From IMG/VR virus record IMGVR_UViG_3300025018_000059, positions 1 to 38,385 of that record: DNA of 38,385 nucleotides; one strand, 5' to 3'. The notes under the pieces are model-generated. The model searched no databases, was not told the DNA's origin, and was given only the letters and a program-made list of their open reading frames with translations. How positions within the stretch are numbered: position 1 is the stretch's first letter; each line of letters opens with the position of its first letter. Both the position numbers and the translations under genes were made by a program. This stretch comes from a virus (Duplodnaviria > Caudoviricetes). This document shows positions 32,574-38,385 of this stretch, piece by piece.

Positions 32574-35075
32574 ATGAATTATCAAGAATTTCTAAAATCT
32601 AAAATTGAGCTTGCAAAAGATACGGGGATACAAGTCAACCCTGATGATCTTTGCAAATATTTAAAGCCTCATCAAAGGGACTCTGTTATATGGGCACTGA
32701 AAGGCGGGAAGCGTGCTATATTCTCAAGTTTTGGACTTGGCAAAACATTAACACAAATCGAGATATTAAGACAGTTATTATTGCATGAAGGCGGCAAAGC
32801 CTTGATAGTATGCCCGCTAGGTGTTAAACAGGAATTTACAAGGGATGCTAAAAAATTTGTAAACATGGAAATAAAATATATAAAGCATCTTAGTGAGGCC
32901 ACAGAAGATAATGCAATATATATTACTAATTATGAGCGTGTAAGAGATGGTGATATTGACCCGAAAGAATTTACAGCTACTACACTGGATGAAGCGGCAG
33001 TATTGAGATCATTTGGAAGTAAAACATTTCAAACCTTTTTGGATAAATTTAAGGGTGTAAAATATAAATATGTGGCCACTGCCACACCTTCACCTAACAA
33101 ATATAAAGAGCTTATCCATTATGCTGGTTATTTAGAGATCATGGATACCGGACAGGCTCTGACTAGATTTTTCCAGAGGGATAGCACTCAAGCAAATAAG
33201 TTGACACTATACCCACATAAAGAGGCTGAATTTTGGCTATGGATGTCATCATGGGCTTTATATATAACTAAGCCAAGCGACTTAGGTTACAGTGATGAAG
33301 GCTATGACTTACCACCTTTACAAGTGCATTATCATGAGCTGCCTGTGAATCACTTAGACAATAACTTTGATAAATACGGAGAAAAAGCATTATTCAGAGA
33401 TGCTGCTATATCATTAGCCGATGCATCCAGAGAGAAAAGGGATAGTATTAATGATCGTGTAAATAAAGCTATGGAAATAATCGGAGATAGCCCTGATGAT
33501 AGCTTTATTATTTGGCATGATTTAGAAGCTGAAAGACACGCTATTAAAAAAGTACTCCCGGAAAGTAAAGATGTTTATGGAAGTCAAGACATAGAGCTAA
33601 GGGAAAAAAGGATTATTGATTTTTCAGAGGGTGAATATAAATATTTGTCCACTAAACCTGTTATAGCTGGATCTGGATGTAACTTTCAGCATTATTGTAA
33701 TAAAGCTATATTTCTAGGAATAGGCTATAAATTTGCCGACTTCATACAGGCTGTACATAGAATCTATCGCTTTATGCAAGGTGAGCAAGTAGAAATCCAC
33801 ATTATCTACATGGAATCAGAAGACGAAATACTAAGGACACTACAAAAGAAATGGAGTCAACACAATTATTTAGTTGAAAAAATGACTAAGATAATTCAAG
33901 AAGAGGGATTAAGCAATACAAATATGGAGGCAAAACTAATGCGGTCAATAGGATGTAAAAGAGAGGAGTTGAAAGGTAAATTATATACGGCTGTATATAA
34001 TGACTGTATACAGGAAGCTGAGACAATGGAAAGTAATAGCATTGATTTAATACATACTTCAATCCCATTTAGCAATCATTATGAATATAGCCCTAGCTAT
34101 AATGACCTTGGACATAATACAGACAATGAGAAGTTTTTCGAACAGATGGACTTTTTAACGCCTGAGCTTTACAGGATTTTAAAGCCTGGCCGTGTAGCAG
34201 CGATACATGTAAAAGACCGTGTATTATTTGGAAACGCAACTGGAACAGGGATGCCTACTATTGACCCATTTAGTGATATGACCACGGCTCACTACATGAA
34301 ACACGGCTTCCAGTATTTTGGTCGTATAACTATTATTACTGATGTGGTAAGAGAGAATAATCAAACATATCGGCTTGGCTGGACTGAGAACTCAAAAGAC
34401 GGTACTAAAATGGGCGTAGGATGTCCAGAATATATTTTGCTATTCAGAAAGTTACCCACTGACACTAGCAAGGCTTATGCAGATACGAAAGTGGCAAAAT
34501 CAAAAGAAGATTATACAAGAGCAAACTGGCAGATAGATGCGCATGCTTTTTGGAGATCATCAGGAGATAGACCTATTACCACAGAGGAACTTATGAATAG
34601 CACTATTGAGAGATTACAAGCTGTTTACACAAAATACAGCCGTGCTACAATCTACAATCACAAAGACCATGTTATGATAGCTGATAATTTAGATAAGCAA
34701 AATAAATTGCCCTCTACTTTCATGGTAGTAGCTCCAGGGTCTTGGCATCCTGAGGTATGGGATGATATTAACCGCATGAACACAATGAACGGTAAACAAG
34801 CTAAGAAAAATCTTGCTTACCATATTTGCCCTTTGCAGTTTGATATTGTTGAAAGGGTAATAAACAGATATAGTAATAAAGGTGATTTAGTATTAGATCC
34901 ATTTGCAGGTTTGTTCACAGTACCTTACCAGGCTGTAAAAATGGGTCGTAAAGGATATGGAATTGAACTGAATAGAGATTATTGGATTGACGGCTGCGGT
35001 TACATGAGACTAATCGAGGAGCAGATTGAAACACCGACACTGTTTGATATAGTCGAACCTGAAATGTTAAAGTAA
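32574..35075 (+). CDS. SNF2-like helicase fused to an N4/N6 DNA methyltransferase
   Basis: GLGKT, ITNYER, LDEA, TATP, QAVHRIYRF; C-terminal TSIPF catalytic-like motif, HICPLQ, VLDPFAG SAM motif. Confidence 0.9.
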   Translation: MNYQEFLKSKIELAKDTGIQVNPDDLCKYLKPHQRDSVIWALKGGKRAIFSSFGLGKTLTQIEILRQLLLHEGGKALIVCPLGVKQEFTRDAKKFVNMEIKYIKHLSEATEDNAIYITNYERVRDGDIDPKEFTATTLDEAAVLRSFGSKTFQTFLDKFKGVKYKYVATATPSPNKYKELIHYAGYLEIMDTGQALTRFFQRDSTQANKLTLYPHKEAEFWLWMSSWALYITKPSDLGYSDEGYDLPPLQVHYHELPVNHLDNNFDKYGEKALFRDAAISLADASREKRDSINDRVNKAMEIIGDSPDDSFIIWHDLEAERHAIKKVLPESKDVYGSQDIELREKRIIDFSEGEYKYLSTKPVIAGSGCNFQHYCNKAIFLGIGYKFADFIQAVHRIYRFMQGEQVEIHIIYMESEDEILRTLQKKWSQHNYLVEKMTKIIQEEGLSNTNMEAKLMRSIGCKREELKGKLYTAVYNDCIQEAETMESNSIDLIHTSIPFSNHYEYSPSYNDLGHNTDNEKFFEQMDFLTPELYRILKPGRVAAIHVKDRVLFGNATGTGMPTIDPFSDMTTAHYMKHGFQYFGRITIITDVVRENNQTYRLGWTENSKDGTKMGVGCPEYILLFRKLPTDTSKAYADTKVAKSKEDYTRANWQIDAHAFWRSSGDRPITTEELMNSTIERLQAVYTKYSRATIYNHKDHVMIADNLDKQNKLPSTFMVVAPGSWHPEVWDDINRMNTMNGKQAKKNLAYHICPLQFDIVERVINRYSNKGDLVLDPFAGLFTVPYQAVKMGRKGYGIELNRDYWIDGCGYMRLIEEQIETPTLFDIVEPEMLK

Positions 35076-35167
35076 AAGAGTATAGGCGGATACGTCATAC
35101 TTGGAGGGGAATAATTTTTAATACTTTTTATATCCCCTCCACTATTTTAAATACTTGGAGGGATAAA

Positions 35168-35386
35168 ATGCAAGTAGATATGTTTACCGAAATCAGACTT
35201 AACGATGGTCGAAAAGTGCTAGCAGATGATTATATTGAAGAAAAAACAAAAAACCTGATAGAAAAATATGGATATCCAACACTGACAAAGGAAGAGGTCA
35301 AAGATCGAATACAGAAAATATTAAATGGGGAATCCTTAAATGTTATTGGAATGCTGATGAAAGACGATATTGAAATAAAGGATTAA
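35168..35386 (+). CDS. hypothetical protein
   Basis: 72 aa, GGAGG RBS. Confidence 0.7.
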   Translation: MQVDMFTEIRLNDGRKVLADDYIEEKTKNLIEKYGYPTLTKEEVKDRIQKILNGESLNVIGMLMKDDIEIKD

Positions 35387-35390
35387 CCTA

Positions 35391-35419
35391 TTGACAATAC
35401 AGTGAAATTAATGTATAAT
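35391..35419 (+). promoter_or_regulatory. consensus sigma70 promoter driving leader RNA copy D
   Basis: TTGACA-17 nt-TATAAT. Confidence 0.85.
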
Positions 35420-35425
35420 AATTAA

Positions 35426-35527
35426 ACATGTGCAGAGTCGAAACTGCCCGATGTAGTAAAAGCCATTTCTTGAAAGGTTGTTTTTCGACCCTGATTAATC
35501 AGGAACCTTTTTGAGAGATGGCTTTTT
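35426..35527 (+). ncRNA. structured leader RNA, copy D
   Basis: GCAG-AGTCGAAA-CTGC; long hairpin AAAAGCCATTTCT...AGAGATGGCTTTT containing TTTCGAC and sub-hairpin CCTGAT/ATCAGG. Confidence 0.8.
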
Positions 35528-35553
35528 ATATTGCAGAAATGCGAGGGAAATTC

Positions 35554-36078
35554 ATGACAGTAAAAGAAATGAGTCAATTGTTTAATGTATCAGAAGAAAC
35601 AGTAAAGAGATCAATTAGGGATACGTACCCTGATAAAATGCAAAATGGGAAAAGAACTGTATTGACAAAAGATGAAGCTATTTTAATAGGTGAAAATATT
35701 AGAAAAAAGGGATACATACAACCTACACAAAACGTGCAGCTACCTACACAAAATGAGCAGGTAGACAGAATAGACCGTATAGAAAATATGCTTAATAAAC
35801 TTATCTCAGTAATAGCTACACAAGTGGAAACAACTAATAAACTCTTAGAATCAACAAATCAAAAACAACTGGAAATAATTCAAGATTATTACACTATCAA
35901 AGGTTATGCATCAAAGCTCAAAGTACAGTTAGTTTATTCAGAGGCTTTAAAGCTTGGCAGGGAAGCGGCTAAAATGTCCAGAGAGAAAGGAATTGAAATA
36001 CAGAAAATTCCCGATGCTAATTATGATTTTGTGAATAGCTACCATGTTTCAGTGCTTGAAGAAATATTTAGAATATAG
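35554..36078 (+). CDS. antirepressor-like DNA-binding protein
   Basis: N-terminal HTH MTVKEMSQLFNVSEETVKR; C-terminal YYTIKGYA...LGREA.K.SR..G...IPD..Y..VNSYH domain seen on phage antirepressor-type proteins; GAGG RBS supports a start at 35554. Confidence 0.7.
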   Translation: MTVKEMSQLFNVSEETVKRSIRDTYPDKMQNGKRTVLTKDEAILIGENIRKKGYIQPTQNVQLPTQNEQVDRIDRIENMLNKLISVIATQVETTNKLLESTNQKQLEIIQDYYTIKGYASKLKVQLVYSEALKLGREAAKMSREKGIEIQKIPDANYDFVNSYHVSVLEEIFRI

Positions 36079-36089
36079 GACGGTAAACA

Positions 36090-36260
36090 ATGACAACAGA
36101 AATATTCACAAAAGATGTATTAAAAGAGATTGAAAATGAAAATCCTAACATATTTATAAATTTTGATTTACAGTTTAGTAAATATAATATTATTGGACAT
36201 GAATAAATATTCAGTGTTGACAAATTAAAAAAGATTATTGAAATAATGGAAGGTGAATAA
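36090..36260 (+). pseudogene. small ORF with one in-frame TAA (36204-36206)
   Basis: MTTEIFTK...IIGHE*IFSVDKLKKIIEIMEGE*; the second stop couples to the next ATG. Confidence 0.35.
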
Positions 36261-37126
36261 TGGCGCAAAGAAGAATGTTCTCAATGCACATTATAGACAG
36301 TGATGCATTTCTTGATATGCCACAATCTACTCAAAATTTATATTTTCACATGTCAATGCGGGCTGATGATGATGGATTTGTATCAAACCCTAAAAAGATA
36401 ATGAAAATATTAGGATCCTCAGACGATGATTTAAAACTTCTTATCGGTAAGCGGTTTATTATTGGATTTGAAAGCGGTATAGTGGTTATTAAACATTGGA
36501 AAATACACAACTATATTGCAAAAGATAGGTACAATAAAACTAGATATGAAGAAGAATTAAATCAATTACAAATTAAAGATAATGGCTCGTATACAGAATG
36601 TATACAAAGTGTTGACACAGGTAAGGTAAGGTTAGTCAAGGTAAGTCAAGTTAAGGAAAGTAAAGAATGTATATCTGATAAATCAGATAAAGACATACAC
36701 CTTGAAACTTCTTTTAATAAATTATGGGATATTGAACAAAACAAGGAATCAAAAGCCAGAGCATTAAAGAACTACAAGAAAGCATTAAAACTTATACCTC
36801 ATGACACTATCCTAAACCGATGGCAATTGTATTATGATAACGCCCTCATAAAATACAGCGATAAGAAATATATAACCCGCCTTGCTAACTGGTTAGGAGA
36901 GAAAGCTGGATACTTAGACGACCCTGAGACTATCAAACAATACACACTATCAGAGATCATGAAAGAGAGAGAAAATTATAGGATAATCAAGGGCCACATT
37001 GCACCGGATAACTGGGCACCTCCTGCCGGCTGGGATGACTATGTCAATGATAATCAATCTGTAATAGATCAGTACTGGAAAGTATACAATGATAATCAAG
37101 AGAGAATGAGAAGGGAGGGAATATGA
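36260..37126 (+). CDS. phage replisome organizer / replication initiator
   Basis: MAQRRMFS..IIDSDAFLDMPQSTQNLYFH.SMRADDDGFV, VIKHWKIHNYI.KDRY. Confidence 0.92.
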   Translation: MAQRRMFSMHIIDSDAFLDMPQSTQNLYFHMSMRADDDGFVSNPKKIMKILGSSDDDLKLLIGKRFIIGFESGIVVIKHWKIHNYIAKDRYNKTRYEEELNQLQIKDNGSYTECIQSVDTGKVRLVKVSQVKESKECISDKSDKDIHLETSFNKLWDIEQNKESKARALKNYKKALKLIPHDTILNRWQLYYDNALIKYSDKKYITRLANWLGEKAGYLDDPETIKQYTLSEIMKERENYRIIKGHIAPDNWAPPAGWDDYVNDNQSVIDQYWKVYNDNQERMRREGI

Positions 37127-37659
37127 CACACATCGAAAAGCTAAAAGCGAAAATTACAGAGATGATACATGATTACTACACTAACCCATCCGGGTCAATG
37201 ATTGAGAGAAAAGAGATGCTTATCAATGATGTTCAGTACCCAGATGATAAAAAATACTTTGCTCTGAAATCATGGCATGATAACCCTGATAACAAAACTT
37301 TCCCCACAACTGCACAGATCAAGCAACTCTGCAGGGCTGTCACTCATAACTCAGAGATGGATTATTATAACTTGAATAAACATGCCTGGCTGCACTCATT
37401 AGTGATTGACGAAGAGAGAGAGCACGGGCTAGCACTGCACTACAAAAAGCAAGGAGTTAGCTATACACCGATGCACTTAGCTTGGATAGGTTTTTTCCAG
37501 CACTTAAAGCCACATGAGAGAGTTGACTTTAATCAAGAGAGGGAGAGGCTAGGCAATAGACCGTTCAGAGAGTACCAAAAAATAGAGCTGAAACTTTATT
37601 ATGTAGACGTTGACGTGAAGGGCATTAATAATCTGCCTAAACCGATAAAGACAATTTAG
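37123..37659 (+). CDS. hypothetical replication-module protein (possible helicase loader-like)
   Basis: Follows the initiator; KTFPTTAQIK motif. Confidence 0.55.
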   Translation: MTHIEKLKAKITEMIHDYYTNPSGSMIERKEMLINDVQYPDDKKYFALKSWHDNPDNKTFPTTAQIKQLCRAVTHNSEMDYYNLNKHAWLHSLVIDEEREHGLALHYKKQGVSYTPMHLAWIGFFQHLKPHERVDFNQERERLGNRPFREYQKIELKLYYVDVDVKGINNLPKPIKTI

Positions 37660-37670
37660 GAGGCAATAGA

Positions 37671-38024
37671 ATGTTATTAGAAGTGGGAACGGTATTGTAT
37701 TATACTCTAGGGTATAGTAGTCAATCAAATTGCAAAATAATTATTGATCGTGTAACTGAAAAGAGAGCGTTTGCAGGCAAAACACAATTTAAAAGAGATA
37801 TTGGAAATAATACTCATGTGACAGCCATAGGGGATGATCACTGGAAACAAACCTGGTATTATTTAGAGACAGAAAAAACTAAACAACAATATGCCAGATC
37901 ATTACAAGAAAGAAATTATTATGCTTTAATTAAAAAAATAAATATTAAAGATATGCCGGATGTAAAACTATCGGATGCAAAACTAAATGATATGGTCAGA
38001 TATTTAAGGGAGGCAATAGAATGA
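37671..38024 (+). CDS. hypothetical protein
   Basis: 117 aa, AGGAGG RBS. Confidence 0.75.
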   Translation: MLLEVGTVLYYTLGYSSQSNCKIIIDRVTEKRAFAGKTQFKRDIGNNTHVTAIGDDHWKQTWYYLETEKTKQQYARSLQERNYYALIKKINIKDMPDVKLSDAKLNDMVRYLREAIE

Positions 38025-38385
38025 CAGAAGTAGACATGAATGAGATTGTAGAAAAGTATACCCAGTTTTCAAAAGAGCAGATTAAGGAGATACTTTCTAA
38101 GTATATGGAGAAAAAACCTGAGCCTGAGTATTTTGAAGGTCAATTGGTTTTATCAACAATTACTGGTCTATGCCATACATTAGAAAATGGGTTTAATCAG
38201 CAACATATATGCCCCCTATCAATCCTTGATGTATGGGACAGTGTGTATGATAGAAAGTGGAAACGGGTTGCAGTAGATGAAGATGGAAGAGTGCATGCTT
38301 TCACAAATAAGGCGTGTATAAAGGATATTATGAATGAGTGGTATTGCATGGGTCAATCTATGACAATTGGTCAACTTCCATCCTA
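38021..38385 (+). CDS. N-terminal part of the junction-spanning hypothetical protein
   Basis: GGAGG RBS, ATG 38021, open to the contig end and continuing to TGA 201-203. Confidence 0.85.
   Translation, partial: MTEVDMNEIVEKYTQFSKEQIKEILSKYMEKKPEPEYFEGQLVLSTITGLCHTLENGFNQQHICPLSILDVWDSVYDRKWKRVAVDEDGRVHAFTNKACIKDIMNEWYCMGQSMTIGQLPS
38259..38385. repeat. second copy of the 127-bp terminal overlap
   Basis: Identical to 1..127. Confidence 0.95.

Noticed and set aside
35354-35376. CTGATGA...GAAA hammerhead-like words
   Set aside because: Inside a CDS with no supporting stems
36204-36206. Genome-wide stop-codon reassignment
   Set aside because: TAA, TAG and TGA all terminate intact conserved genes; this is an isolated in-frame stop

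Overview
A complete circular (or circularly permuted) genome of an AT-rich tailed dsDNA siphovirus-like phage, about 38,258 bp plus a 127-bp assembly overlap. One ORF reads through the junction. Gene order: small accessory genes (1-4.5 kb); packaging, head and tail (terminase subunits, SPP1-type portal, minor head, scaffold, major capsid, several decoration-like proteins, connectors, Ig-bearing tail tube, tape measure, two tail-tip proteins); lysis (holin-like proteins, M15 endolysin); a short leftward Rha operon; and a rightward early region (Sak/Rad52, Gp157, C5 methyltransferase, VRR-NUC-like, SNF2 helicase-methylase fusion, antirepressor-like, replisome organizer). I recognise no integrase or CI repressor. 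The most notable content is non-coding. (1) Four dispersed, sequence-divergent copies of one leader-RNA architecture: a small hairpin whose 7-nt loop word is the exact reverse complement of a 7-nt single strand inside a downstream terminator-like long hairpin, with a different word pair in each copy (CTGATCA/TGATCAG, TTCACCC/GGGTGAA, GTAGACG/CGTCTAC, GTCGAAA/TTTCGAC). (2) A type II hammerhead ribozyme whose 3' half is duplicated around a repeat-protein gene. (3) A tRNA-like RNA with a large structured insert replacing the anticodon arm, followed by another structured RNA. All protein and RNA calls come from reading motifs by eye; no searches or folding programs were run.
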